Shown piece after piece: positions 1-13,662 of a DNA stretch of 64,000 nt. The first letter of the stretch is position 1, and every line of letters starts with the position of its first letter. The stretch comes from Antedon mediterranea (Eukaryota; Animalia; Echinodermata). The position numbers and the translations under genes are program-made. The notes beneath the pieces are model-generated. The model made no database searches, was not told the origin of the DNA, and was given only the letters and a program-made list of their open reading frames with translations. Where the stretch lies: NCBI RefSeq assembly GCF_964355755.1, contig NC_092680.1, positions 7,192,001 to 7,256,000 of the forward strand, in the 5' to 3' direction.

Positions 1-893
1 TTGGCCGGAATCATTTGGTTTCTCAAGATTGATCGAAAGATTCCATTTCGCTTGAAAACGAATTGTTTTGTAAAATGATTTTCCTTCCTTTTAGCTTGTG
101 TTATGGTATTTTGTTTGTGTTGTCTTTTTTTTTGTCTATAATGATTTACCTTGAAACACCGTTGCGTGTAAGAAACCAACTAGCCTATATAATCTAGATA
201 TATATAGTTTTAGGGGGAGATATTAACTTGGATCCTAGTAAAGCTGTCTTGACAGCATTTGACAAATACTGTAAGAATTTTCTTAAAGTTGCCTGGAAAA
301 AAAGATCCGAGTTAAAAAAGAGCTAATTTGCATTGTTGCTTTATAATTTTGTTTATTAATTTTCACTATATATTGTATTTAATGTTGCAGAGAAAGACTG
401 GTGTACATCTCTGTAAATCTTTTTAAATTACTATTTGTGTTTACTGTATTCGTTGATCTTAAAGTTTATTTTCATACTTTAATTTGTTAATTAACTATTG
501 TATAATTCATTTCCTTTTCTTTTTCTTTAAACTTATGAACGCACCGTCATAAAACGTGTGCCGCTGTTCTAAAAGCGTCTGTTCAAATAAAGTTATTTAT
601 TATATAAATTCTTATAAGATTGGTATTAGTGCATTGATCCCGTAATAATTAAAGCATCCTTTCATTGGGTGATCTTATCCATCCGGGTTATAAAATCAAT
701 ACTGGTAAATCGTTCATAATTCTAAGCTTGATGTATTTTGCCTAGGATATGATATGACTAAGTTATCCGCGCAGTTTATTTACTGCTAATGTAATAATAA
801 ATACAATTTAAAGTATTGCATGCTCTAACGTCAAACGATTTGAAAGTAGACCAAATGACCCACCGGTAAACAAAAAGTAAAACCGTTGCTAGA
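1..893. repeat. Left arm of a long inverted duplication (partner 6836-7169 + 9812-9974)
   Basis: 610-893 is the reverse complement of 6836-7120, and 1-200 is the reverse complement of 7120-7169 joined to 9817-9974. The left arm carries an extra ~400-bp insert (~208-601) flanked by TATATA. Confidence 0.9.
208..601 (+). mobile_element. 5'-truncated non-LTR retrotransposon 3' end inserted in the left arm
   Basis: Absent from the right arm. Short ORF tail (..LGGDINLD..AWKKRSELKKS*), ends in AATAAAGTTATTTAT, TATATA direct repeat on both sides. Confidence 0.5.
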
Positions 894-1149
894 ACATGAT
901 TAGTTTTTTATTTTGAAATACATTTAAGATTAATAACGCATACTATTATATTTAAACTTATTTAATTTCACTTCGAAATCAATAATTGTGTTAATAATTA
1001 ATGCATTTTACGTTAAAGGCCAAAACTCGAATAGCGAAAGCTGATTAATTGGTCTTGTTTGACATTTTCAGCAATTTCTGTCGGTTGGTCAACACTATTA
1101 TGTCGGTACACACTAACTCAAATTCATATTTTTTCATTATTGGAATATA

Positions 1150-1780
1150 ATAATAATAGTGTTCAATTTACTATAGAGCAAAATGCAGGACGCCTCTACG
1201 CGCTGAACAATCAACAGAAAAAAAGGAGCAAAAACTAAAAATGCAAATTAAAAAGGTGGGATTTCAGGAGTTGTTTGAATGTGGTGAGTGATTCAGCATT
1301 CCTGATATAATTTGGACGGGCCTTTCAGAGAACAGCAGCTGCCCAAGAAAAGGCACGTTGTCCATACAATTTTGTTGAAGGCCGTGTAGGTATAGGCCTG
1401 AGTAAAACCTTAGATGATGACCTAAGAGTTAGTTTTGGCTTGTATGGAGAAATGATATCAGATAGAAAAGAGCCATGTTATGAAGTGATTTGAAAGTAAT
1501 GAGAAGAATTGTACATATTATTCTCTTCTCAACTGGCAACCAATGTAGATGTTCCAGTACTGTTGTTATGTTTTGACATGATGGGATGCGAAGAACCAGA
1601 CGGGCAGCAATGTTCTGAACACGCTGAACCTTAGCGATAGTTTTAGCTGGAAGCCCGCAAAGAAGAGAGTTGCAAGAGTCGAGCCTGGATGGAAAAAATG
1701 CATGGACCAATATTTCTGTCGATTTAGAGTCTAAATACTTTCGAACATGTCCAATCTTGCAACTTTTACCCTTATGTCCG
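1150..1780 (-). mobile_element. Degenerate L2-clade LINE 3' fragment
   Basis: ORF 1429-1827 contains LVHAFFPSRLDSCNSLLCGLP..LQ/VQNIAARL..LHWLPV, the L2/CR1 post-RT motif also seen in the intact element at 34749-38171. L2-like 3' end near 1150-1210. Confidence 0.85.
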
Positions 1781-1781
1781 G

Positions 1782-4400
1782 ATAATAATAATAATAATAA
1801 TAACACTAATAACACCAATAATAACAATAATAATAATAATATTTATTTGGAACAACACTTGTTTAACAGTGACACACATGCGTAGATTGTGCGTCCATAC
1901 CAATTACAAAATGTAATACAAAAACAATGGAAAATAAAAACTGAAACAAAAATAAAACATATTTGAGATAACGACATACAATTGAACTCGACGCTATTAC
2001 AAAACTTATTTTCAAACTAAAACTACACTAATACAACTACTAATTTTGCTTGTTTCCACCAATGGAAAACACTTTTTTTATAATAAAACAGTTCAAAGTT
2101 GTAATACAATTGCATTTCTTAGTTTCCAAGCACGGCTTGTGTACATTTTACAATAACTGTCAAACACAGCATAAATGTCGTGAGAGTTATTTTTATGAAA
2201 TAATGTGCTTCCTAGGACATATCGAACCTTTTTTTTTTATCTTATGTGGGTTCATCCCACTTTTATTTCCATACATGTTCTCTTTACATATATTTTTCTC
2301 TAAACTTTTTCATTTAAATACACTATACATATCATAACAACAATGTTTGTTTTCATCATCTGTTTACATACACTTTTTTTAAAGAGTTTTTTTATTTGTT
2401 TACATATTATCACATTGATTTTTGTTTTTATATATTCTCTTCATAGTTTCCACTTTTTATACATATTATCTATTATCTATAATACATTTTCATTAGCAAG
2501 CTTATTTTTTCTTACATACTGAACCTTAATAGATAGGTCACCAGAAATAAAATTAACCCAAGTATCAACACAATTTATTGCAATAAGATTACGTTAAAGT
2601 GTTCGCAACTCTTCAATTCTAGTAACTTACTACAAATAAACAGGATGTTTAACATCTTCTTCACCTGGCCACAAACCTTACACTTATCATTTAGATTATC
2701 AATGTTCCACTTATTTGTAATTTGTCCACGTGGTAAAATGTTTGAACGAAGTTTAAATTTTAAACTTGAGTCATAAAAATCTGTTTTATCTAATAGGTTC
2801 TAGGCCAGGTGACTCTTTTATCAAGAGTAATCAAGCAGAGATGATTTTCTTACTACTTCTTGTTTCCAAAAGTAGAATATGATTGTTTAATTGTATTTTC
2901 AAATGGCTTGACCCAGTTTATATCAATACCTGTAGGCCTACATATATCATTAAGAATAGCATTGAAATCGAACTTAACATAATCACAAGTTTTTTGAAAT
3001 TCATTAATAAATTAGTACCTTGAATTAAAATTCGTAAGTCTAATAATTGTATTTAATAAAAGTTTTGGCCAACGATTCATTTCCATACACATAACATTTC
3101 TTATATATTTTGCTTTAAAAATATCCTGAGTTACTTTATTGGTTGCCAACCTATCGCCATAAAGTGCCTTTTTTGCAGTGCTTCTACTCGCTTTAAGAAT
3201 TGTTCGCGCCATTTGTAATTTAAGAGACTCAATCCTTTGTCTGTCTTAAGTATTTGTATTAACACATACAGCACAAGCATTAATAGTCGGAAGACCGATA
3301 CTTCTCCAAAGGATATCTCCATATACAACTCGATTGTTGAGTCTATCTATATAATACTAGATTTAATGTACGCAATGATCCTATTACCCTTTTTGATAAC
3401 TTGATTGATGTGGAAATTGTCTTTTAGATTTCTAGAAATGTATACACCAAGATACTTGTATGTTTCAATTTCAGATAAAAGTATCCCCAAATTTCCGAAG
3501 TGTTTCACTATTCAAATTCGGGCCTATTATGAGAACATTTGAATTTTCACTATTACAATTAAATTCCATTTTTTAGCAAATAAAGATACTAAATCTAACA
3601 TTTTATTGAGTTCTTTTTCGCTATCTGCTAAAAGTACGATATCGTCGGCCCAAAAAAGGCTACCAAGGCAGATATCGTGTATGCGCACACCTAACGCGTG
3701 TTCTCGTAATAATCTAGTGAGTCCGTTCATTATTATGCAAAACAGGGTTGGGGAAAGGACACACCCTTGTTTAACACCTTCTTCTATATCAAAAGACTGT
3801 GTTTCAATGTCACCAAATCTTACTTGCCCCTTAAAATTGTTGTACAAGCTACTTATAATATTCCATAATCTACCACGAATTCCTATATTCCATATTGCAA
3901 TTAGCAATCCATCTCTCCACACGCTATCAAATGCTTTTTTTTTTATGTCAAGGAATGCTAAGTAAGTCTTCTTGCCTTCAGCAAGTCGGCAACTAGCAAT
4001 GTTTTTAAGAGTGAAAATGTGGTCTTCACGTCTTCGGTGGGGTTAAACCCTCCCTGAACTTCTGAAAGGGTATTGTTTTCTTCTAAGAAGTCGGAAACTG
4101 TGTAATGTACGTAATGTACAACTCTATTGAATATTTTAGAAACGCAAGATGTTATTAAGATATTAAGTTATTTAGATCCTTTCCATCACCCTTTTTATAT
4201 ATTGATACAACAATGCTATTCCATTCCGACGGTACTTTTTCTACTCTTAATTATTTCATTAGTGCCCGGTATTTTTAAGCATTGTACAGTGTCATTTTCA
4301 TTAAAATGGAATATTCAACAAACATTTTTTTAAGAATTATTTTCAGGGGGACAATACATCTTTAATAATAATTCATATTAGCTTCCATATTTTATGCTTC
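1782..4400 (-). mobile_element. Degenerate non-LTR retrotransposon (RTE/RTE-X-like RT) with (ATT)n tail
   Basis: ORF 3527-3922 has RT motifs GVKQGCVLSPTLF and FWADDIVLL. YKYLG-like sequence near 3450, many frameshifts, (AAT)n microsatellite 1782-1840 at its 3' end. Boundaries are approximate. Confidence 0.75.
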
Positions 4401-5499
4401 TTTCCATCAAAGATTTTTGTGATAGGCCTATATGTGAAATATTTACTTAATATATGAAAGGTAGGCCAAAAAAGAGGATTAGTGTATAATTTATATACAT
4501 ATTTCGATCCGTGCTTGTTAAAATACTCAGTGTCTACAGACCTGGAGTAATAGTCCTGCGACCGCCCCTGGAAATGTAGGTACTGTACTAACAAATGGCA
4601 TACATCTTGTTAGGTTCTGTCAGAATAGTCACTCTGAGAAATTTGCGTCAATTCATAATATGAAATTACGCCATCTAGCGTTTAGACTTTATAACGTTGC
4701 TGTCCCTCTAGTACATCCAGTCAATTTGATTCGATCGCTTGTATACTAGGCTGATTAACAAATAGACCAGGGTGTGTCATTCATGGCTAACGTAAGTACA
4801 GATTACTATAATGAATTAAAGAACAGAAGGATATTACAATTTATTTTTGTTGTAGGCACTTCCTAGGACCAATCTGAACAACATATAATAAATAGAGAAA
4901 AAATGGAGATGAAGAAAAATTGCTAAATTGCATATAACTAAAATGACCGTTTCTCTGAATTTTAAACCCAATCCGATTTTGGCAAATATTTTGTTCAACC
5001 ACAGTCATCAAAACATATTAGTACAGAAAAGAGAAGCTCAGAATCAGTAAAAGGTTGAAAAAATTGCAACAGAATTTTTTTCACCACAATGCATTTCTAT
5101 AAGGTCCCTATATGAACATATTAAAAGTCTAGAAAAATCCAGGTAGGGGAAATAGGTTTTTTTAAACAAAATGACCGCCAATGGCGAAAAATGTCTAAAA
5201 ATGAACAAAAAACATATATTGTAGGCCTATATCTAATTACCACTTGATATCAGTTTTTATAATGCTTTTTATATTTCTTTAGTGTCAAACATTTCAACTG
5301 CAATATACATATTAATTTAAGTGCTATTTGGCAGCAAAACATACATTTAAGTATCAAGAGATCACCACAGTTATAATAATAGACAACGTAGTCCTATGCA
5401 TTATAATGCAGTACTATGGTGTCTAATAAAACAGTTCATTTACATTTGTACTGTCACAACAATAGAATTATACAATCTTACAATCTATTAATTCATTAA

Positions 5500-6830
5500 T
5501 TTTTATTGTCCGGTTATCATCGTCTGTTTGTCTGGAATTGAGCATGTGCTGATGCCGTGGTATTCTTCACAAACAGTGGTACTGAGGGTAAATTTGTCAT
5601 CAATGGACACACCACACCATTTGTAACTTTCCATCCCCCAGTCTGTGGGTTGAAGAGTATTTTCTATCCACTGCTGTACCATGGTAATAGACATGCAGGG
5701 AATGACATTTTGCAGCACTTGTTGGAGGAATAGATTTTATTTCAAGTGCTGTTTTGCTTTTTGCTACTTTCTCCCAGAACGTATTCTTACAAAATAGTTA
5801 CCAATGCCAATTCCCCTGATGCGATGATTTCTTTTTTTCGAGGACGTTTGGTTTTACAGAGTTTGTAAGCATAGTACTGCAGTTGTGATGAATTTTTAAG
5901 ACTAACACCTTATCCTCTATCAAATAGATGGGATGTAGTCTCACATCCCTGGATTCCATGTATAAAAAGCAAATTAATTTGTACAGAGCTTCATACCAAG
6001 GAAAGACTTTACATGCATTCACAAGGCTCCCCCATAGAGAACATACAGTATTAAATCAATGAATGAAGCAGCAACCGTGACAGAATATTAATTTAATATT
6101 ATTACACTATGGGTCAAAATCAGCCATATTCATCAATAGAGAAGCAGTCCACATTCCCTCACATATACTATTTCATCATTGATGGCTATGAGAGACAGTC
6201 ATACACATGCATAATTTGTTGAAAAAGAACCTTGTACTTTTCCTGCAGTCCTCTTTTACTCCATTAACTCCATACATACTGCATGCTAGACTACTCAGAA
6301 ACCTTCATCTCACTGCCCTCTGTATGTTATCAATGGGGGAGCACTGCTACATCAAACCTTGGCCCAAACAGCAACATTTCAAGACATTTATTATGTACCA
6401 TGTATGTTTGTTACGTTATGTGAAGGCAAAGTAAACTCTTGTATTTTTATGGCTATAATTATGGGCTGTAAGTAAATTTGGTTTAAGAAAAGGTGTTGGT
6501 CTTAAAAATCATCACATCACAGTTGGAGTAGTATGACAAATTCTGTAAACCAACCAGTTTCCAAAAAAAAAAAGAAAACATTGTATCAGAGGAATTTGGC
6601 ATTGGTAGAGCTATATATGGAGGGAAGTCAATGGAGACTTTTAGACAGCCTACTTTTCTTTGAGAAAGTTGCAAAAAGCAAAATCTATTCCCTCAAAATG
6701 CTGCAAAATTTCATTTCGTGAGTCTTTATTACCAGGTATAGCAATGAATAGGAAATACTCTTCAACCCACAGACTGGAGATAGAAAGTTACAGATGGCAT
6801 GATGTGTCTATTGATGACAAATTTACATGT
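5500..6830. mobile_element. Academ-like DNA transposase remnants, two inverted pieces
   Basis: VQQWIENTLQPTDWG (-, ~5640-5680) and YVINGGALLH..WPKQ (+, ~6320-6370) resemble Academ-type transposase C-terminal motifs, recalled from family knowledge. 5588-5790 and 6655-6826 are diverged inverted copies. Confidence 0.5.
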
Positions 6831-7169
6831 TCTACTTCTAGCAATGGTTTTACTTTTTGTTTACCGGTGGGTCATTTGGTCTACTTTCAAATCGTTTGAC
6901 GTTAGAGCATGCAATACTTTAAATTGTATTTATTATTACATTAGCAGTAAATAAACTGCGCGGATAACTTAGTCATATCATCCTGGGCAAAATACATCAA
7001 GCTTCGAATTATGAACGATTTACCAGTATTGATTTTATAACCCGGATGTATAAAATCACCCAATGAAAGGATGCTTTAATTATTACGGGATCAATGCACT
7101 AATACCAATCTTATAAGAAATATAAATATCTAGATTTATAGTTAGTTAAGTTTCTTACACGAAACGACG

Positions 7170-9811
7170 CACAGTGGGCCAGAATTGGTTCAAAGTGTAC
7201 CAAAAGTCTATACGCATAAATAAATACTGATTACCTTAACTTTTAAAGGATCTAAGAGGTTTTCAGACCCGTAGAATTTAATAGAAGTATTTTTAAATAG
7301 GTATGACGTAATACAAATGGTGTTTTCTAATTGGTTGAGGCGAATGTGCTTGTGATTCTTATGTCGATTGATATTACATTCATTATTGAAAGTGTAAGGG
7401 TTTCTATTACACCCAATAAATCCAACTGGAACATTTTCTTAATATATTAGACGTCATAAAATAATAATTTTTGATTAGATGACTTTAATTCTCATTGCAA
7501 TATCATGTGTGATTAAATTGCATCCATGATTGAAACGTACTTAAATTATTTAAAGATCCACAGAGTTCAATGAAACCATCTTTTTATTGTTCAGTATGAT
7601 GTCATTACAAATACTGTTTTCTGATTGTGTGAATAATATTAATATTGAAAATAGGTTTTTATTGTATGTTACAAATAAGGGTTTAAATGACTGAAATACA
7701 TCACTTATGTTGTTATTTGTTTTCATTGTATGTTTTCGTCGATAGACTCTTCGCTCATCATACCTATCAGTAATACAGAACTCGAAATAATTGATGAACC
7801 ATGAACTAGGAGAACATGTACACTCACTGGCATTTTATACCATGGATAGAGTTGTATATATAACTCTGCTGCTTTTCGGCAGTAGTCCGTAAATTGTAAA
7901 GGGTCTAAACACGTACTAGATTTACATCCAACCCGCAAATATATTAGACGTCATAAAATAATAATTTTTGATGAGATGACTTTAATTCTCATTGCAATAT
8001 CATGTGTGATTAAATTGCATCCATGATTGAAACGTACTTAAATTATTTAAAGATCCACAGAGTTCAATGAAACCATCTTTATATTGTTCAGTATGATTTC
8101 ATTACAAATACTGTTTTCTGATTGTGTGTGGATAGAGTTGTATATATAACTCTGCTGTTTTTCGGCAGTAGTCCCTAAATTGTAAAGGGTCTAAACACGT
8201 ACTAGATTTACATCCAACCCGCAAATTTCAGCGAAAGTCTCCTTTTCCTGGAAAGCTAGCTCTGCAAGCTATGTTGCCATTGTTTTCCTGAACCTTGTTT
8301 AAGTTCATCTACTTTCATTCCTATATCTTCTTTAAACCGATCGTGTATTTCGTTTCTTCATATCGGCAACGATGGCTTTTTCACTATCAGACGAAATACG
8401 CCCCTTTTTTAACTGGCATTCTGTACCAATATGAATTAGCATTTCGAAGCACCTACTCCATTTGTGTAGTGGCGAGAGCCATAGGTGTAGGCTTCTTCAC
8501 TTGACGATGGGAGTTTATCCAAATCATTAAACTGTTTTGGAGTAGCTCCACATATATATAACATCGCATTAAATACTTGGTTTCAGTCAAAGCATTTACG
8601 ACCTTTTGGTCAACTATGGTGAATTGTAAATTGTAGTGTATTTAGATGTTGTCTTTTCTGTTTTCATCTGCAGCCAGTTCCTAGTTAATTAATATGAAAT
8701 AATATATTGAATTGCAACTGTAAAGGTCGGCAAAATCACGAGGAAGTATCTTTATGTTCAACTACTTCTGTAATTTCTTCTTTTTTTTACTGAACAATTC
8801 GAAGTGCAGTTTGGTCCAGCAAGCTTTGAAGGGGTACTCTTGCCGAATCTTCTTTAACCGTTATATTATTTGCGTAGCATCTATGCTTAGCTTCCCTCAC
8901 GTTCCACAAACCTGTTTGGTATGACTGTTTTGTCATATCAGTTTCAACTAGCTAAAAGTGACAAAGCTTTTTCACTTGTAAACTTGATCGGTTCTGGTTT
9001 TTTTTTTCGGATATTAACTTTCTTATTTTAGCTGGTCTTAATGGTGTTAGCATTGCAAACTTCAGCACATATTTTAAATGTGAATTTTGCTTATAGACGC
9101 CTTGTGAAGCAGCATAGAGAAGTTCTTTTGGTTCTCTGACTAATAATAGCTGATGAAATGAACCTTGTGACGGCCATACTTGTACCATCGTGGAAAGGTT
9201 TTCTCTTCGTCAAGTTCGTGCGATTGCGGTACATCAATGTGTCAATGGAAATGCATTATACATTTATTTTAAAACGGGACATTTAAATAGCTTCCTATAT
9301 GCGATGTCGCAAATTTTCGCAGCCAAATTTGGTATTAACGTAAAGCTCAAGCTTTGCTCGAAATATTAATCTCAAAATTAGCGCGCGAATCGACGCGAAT
9401 CCAAACTACTTTAGTGGTTTTACTCTAAAAATACGATTTTTTGGTATTTTTGGGCTATATTTTGTGACTTTTAACCCTAAAATAAAGCAATAATCGAAAA
9501 TGTTATTTTACTGCCTAATATTATTAATAACAACAACAATTTCATGCAGTATCAAATCCATTGCTTTTTTCTAGAAAAAATAACAGCGAATTTATCAAAA
9601 CTGTTGTTTTTGCTCATTTTAAGTGAAATGCCATGGTTTCTTCAAGTTTCCATGGTTACAAGACACTATTAAAATTTACAAAAAATAAAATTATTAGTGG
9701 ATTTATATAATTTAAGATGTCTTCTTCCTAATCGAATATTAAAAAGTTCGGAATGCCACATTTACCATTTTGGACTTTTGGCACACTTTGAATTGATTCT
9801 GGCCCACTGTG
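7170..9811 (-). mobile_element. Transib DNA transposon (internally deleted/rearranged)
   Basis: 39-bp TIRs starting CACAGTG (7170-7208, 9773-9811; 35/39 identical). 5-bp GC-rich TSD CGACG (7165-7169, 9812-9816). ORF 7723-7938 has LYPWYKMPVSVHVLLVHG..IGMMSEES, the Transib/RAG1-like region with the catalytic Glu. Internal duplications 7440-7630/7940-8128 and 7843-7938/8129-8225. Confidence 0.93.
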
Positions 9812-10088
9812 CGACGTTTCAAGGTCAATCATTATAGGCCGGGTACAAAGATAGCACAAACAAAATACCATAACACAACAAGAAAAGAAAGGAAAATGAT
9901 TTAACAAAACAATTCGTTTTCAAGCGAAATGAAATCTTTCGATAAATCATGAGAAACCAAATAATTCCGGCCAAAGAATCAGTTTACAGAAAATAAGTGA
10001 AAATTATAGGCCTAGCAGAGACCATATTTCGATGTTACAATAAGAAAGGTAACCATATATTTTAATATATCAAATATATTATATATTT

Positions 10089-13000
10089 AACAAGTTCAGA
10101 ATCCCGGTGAAGAGGCACTCAGTGTTTGCATGGCACGAGGCATTTTTTTGGATGGCAATCCTATGTTTTTTGTTGTCTTATGTTATAGGTTCGAACCACT
10201 TTTATTTCTTCGTCTGTTCAAATGTTTATTTACAATACATTGCACATAATGATAATAATAATGTAGAATTATAACGCCATACAGTACATTATACTTCAAC
10301 AGGATTTTTGGTCTACTGTCTGGAGTAACTTACAAGATAGATTTGCTGTCATGAGTATGTTCGTATATCCCAAAGCCTAGGGTAGTCACAATGCAAAATG
10401 AAATAGCCGTGTGACTCTTCGAGTTATTAAATCTTGTAGCGGGAAAATCGAAAATTATTGGGATACTGTCTTCCATTATAAAGTTGCTTGTAATGGTATT
10501 TCCGTATATCCATATAAGGGTAATAGTCACAAAGTAAAATTTTCCAGATAAAGCTAAGAATGCTGAAGAAGTATTAAATATGTGGAAACAACGCTCACTT
10601 ACTTTGTTTGGAACTAACTATTATTAAGTCACTGTTTCTCCCGATATTCACGTAACTATGTTTTCTCAAATTTACCAGACCCACCCGATTGTTTCCTTCA
10701 AGATATTCAAAGTAAAATATTTAAATTTATATGGAACGGAAAACCCGATAAAGTCAAAAGAAAGGTCATGCTTAACAATTTTGACGAAGGAGGGTTAAAA
10801 ATTCCTCATATTAAGAGTTACTGTACATCTCTCAAATCATGTTGGGTGAAAAGATATCTTGATGGAAATTAATCCAAGTGGAAAGTGTTTTTAAAAAGTA
10901 AGATTAAAGAGGTTGAAGGAAATATTGTTTTCGAAACCAACTTTTCTAAATCTTCAAAAATATTAAAACAATTTGAAAGGTTCCATAAAGATATACTCTC
11001 TGCGTGGAGTGAATACAATTTTGTAGAACCGTATACGATAGAGGACATCTTAAATCAATCTTTATGGAACAACTCATGTTTTGATAAAAGAGAATTTAAA
11101 GTTGAAAAAAATTGGTTGGATAAAAATGTAAACTTTTTGTCTTTTGTCTGTTTGTTATTTTAATGTTGAGCATCAAATAAATTCAATCAATTCAATCAAT
11201 CAATCAACTATGTAAAAGATATCGTGAACAAAGAAGGGAAACTATTAGAACTAGACAAATTTAACCAAAAATATAATTTTAAACCAGACTTCTTATTATA
11301 TCACCAGATTGTAAATTCAATTCCAAAGCTCTGGAAACAGAAATTAATTGAACAAGGTGTAAACACAACTAATGAAGTTGAATCTAAATTATTGTGAACA
11401 CGAGAAATTGTCATTATATCTATAAACACATTATATTAAAAAAATGTTGAAGAGCCAATTGGAATTGAATCAAAATGGGAAAAAGAGTTTGACAACGAAC
11501 TTAATTTAAATTTACACGCCTGTACAAATGACACTAAGCTCAAAAATGTTCAATTTAAATTTATTCATCGTATAATTTATACAAATACAATGCTCTTTAA
11601 GATGTCAAAGGTCGATTCACCAATGTGTAGTTTTTGCAAGGAAAAGCAGGAAACACTGCTTCATATGTTCTTTGAATGTGATCTAGTAAAGAAAATATGG
11701 GAAAATGTAAAACAATATATGTATCGAAATATCAACAATAACTTAATTATTACCAAAGAAAGTATATGTTTTGGTTTTTGGAAAAACACACAGTGATGCA
11801 AACATTCTAATTTTAATTACAAAGTGGTACATTTTTAGTTGCAAAATCAAAAAACAATTACTTAATTATAATCACTTATTTCACATTTACCAAAAATACA
11901 AGGCAACCATATTATTTACAAAATGACTATTATAAAGTGTATTTTTGCGATACATTATTTTTTTTTCTTTAATTTCATTACTCTCTTATTTTTGAGAGAG
12001 TATTTTATCGTGTTTCTTTTTATTCGTTTTAATAGTTACGTTACCTTTATCTATTAATTTTGTATTATGTATGTGTTGAAATGAAAAAAAAAAAAAAAAA
12101 AAAACAATGTAAAAGGGATTTTGCTGTGTGGCTCTTCGCATAATTAAATCTTTTATGGCCCAACGGGCATTTTTGAGCTACTGTCTGAGGCAACTTACAG
12201 AATAAAATTGCTGTCAATGGTATTTTTGTGCATCCTAATGTGTAACAGTTACAATGCAAAATAAATTATCCGTTTGGCTCTTCGCATGATTAAATCTTGT
12301 ATGGCCCAACGGGCATTTTTGGGCTACTGTCTGGAGCAACTTACAGGATAAAGTTGCTGTTAATGGTATTTTTGTACACCCCAATGTGTGACAGTTACAA
12401 TGCAAAAGGAATTAGCCGTGTGGCTCTTGACATGAATAACACTATTTTTTTAGTGGTCACTTGGGGCTACTGCCTGGGGCAACTTACAGGATAAAGTTGC
12501 TGTCATTGCTGTTTTAACATTGTATACACATATGGGGACAATGTCCAACAACTTTTATCCGTGTGGTTTTTCACATGATTAAATCCATTTTTTACCCCCC
12601 CCCCCCCTTATTTGGTGTCCCCAGGAAAAATCTACAGGATAGGACCCGGCAGCAATATTGATTATTGAATCTTAGCTATATATCTACATAATCAGCCCAT
12701 CAAATGTTTTGTGGCTTTTCACATGAATAAACTTTCTGGGCGCCCTGTCTATAAAGTCAAATACGTCACTTACGGTCATTTGTTGGACAAAATGTTCCAT
12801 AAAAACAATTTGGAAAAAAAAATTCTCGTGACAACTAACGGCTGGCGTTCTATTGGTAGGGCCTATATAAAAACTCGGATAAAAATATTGGTCTCTAGGC
12901 AGTAAAATAGTTTTTTGTTAGTTTTGACCTTGACCTATGACCTCTTCCCCTAGACAGTTCAAATGTAGTAAATCCTAGTACAATTCCAATCATATAGGCT

Positions 13001-13662
13001 ACTTCATTACGCCAGTATTTATGCTCCTCCTCCCTTCCAACACACCCCAAATACTGGGTGATGTGTTTAAGATGGTTCCAACCCATAATCCCTCAATGGC
13101 AGTTTTCAAATGTAGTTTAAAACATTCCCAGTACAGTTTCGGTCATGGTGATAGGCTACATCTTTACACCAAACTCCCAGCACCTTCCCAAGGATAATTA
13201 AAATACATTTTGCTACCACAATTCTGGTCAATTCTACTCCTAGCCGCGCCTAAGCAAATCCCCTGAACCCCAACTCCCACACCCTATCTCCCAATCCTCC
13301 TCCCTCCTCCCCACTTTCCCCCAACTTCCCTCTCCCACCAAATCCCAACACTTTTTGAAATGTAGTTTAAAACCTTCCCAGTACAATTGCGATCATTTTG
13401 ATACCCAATATATGTATGGTTAAAATTTGTATACTGAACAAACATCAAAAGTATTATATATATTTATACATATTTTGGCCACTAAATTGGATCCTAGATG
13501 GCGGATGATGTTCAAATGTGGTTTAAAACCTTCCCGGTACAATTGCGGTCATTCTGATACCTATATGTATTGTTACATGCAGTAACAAAAAATTGTATAA
13601 CGAACAAACAAACAAACAAACACACAAAAGTACAAACTCTTTCACCGTCTTATAATATAGAT
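10089..13662 (+). mobile_element. Non-autonomous Helentron/HINE-like element with internal ~140-bp tandem units
   Basis: Begins AACAAG; sub-terminal inverted motif CGGTGAAGAG (10105) / CTCTTTCACCG (13637); (AAAC)n near the 3' end; terminal TATAATATAGAT; diverged ~140-bp repeats at 10290-10540 and 12105-12720. Family assignment is inferred. Confidence 0.45.
10541..12104 (+). mobile_element. 5'-truncated L1/Tx1-clade LINE with poly(A) tail
   Basis: FIWNGKPDKVKR..GGLKIP (10725-10810), zf-RVT-like CSFCKEKQETLLHMFFEC (ORF 11590-11796), A-run 12083-12104, candidate TSD ACAA(A/T)GTAAAA. It splits the tandem units of the host element. Confidence 0.85.

Noticed and set aside
1670-1885. Poly-Asn ORF
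   Set aside because: Arises from the (AAT)n tail of a retrotransposon.
7170-9811. ProtoRAG / RAG1-RAG2 transposon
   Set aside because: TIRs are symmetric, the transposase motif is Transib-type, and no RAG2-like or RAG1 N-terminal RING sequence is visible.
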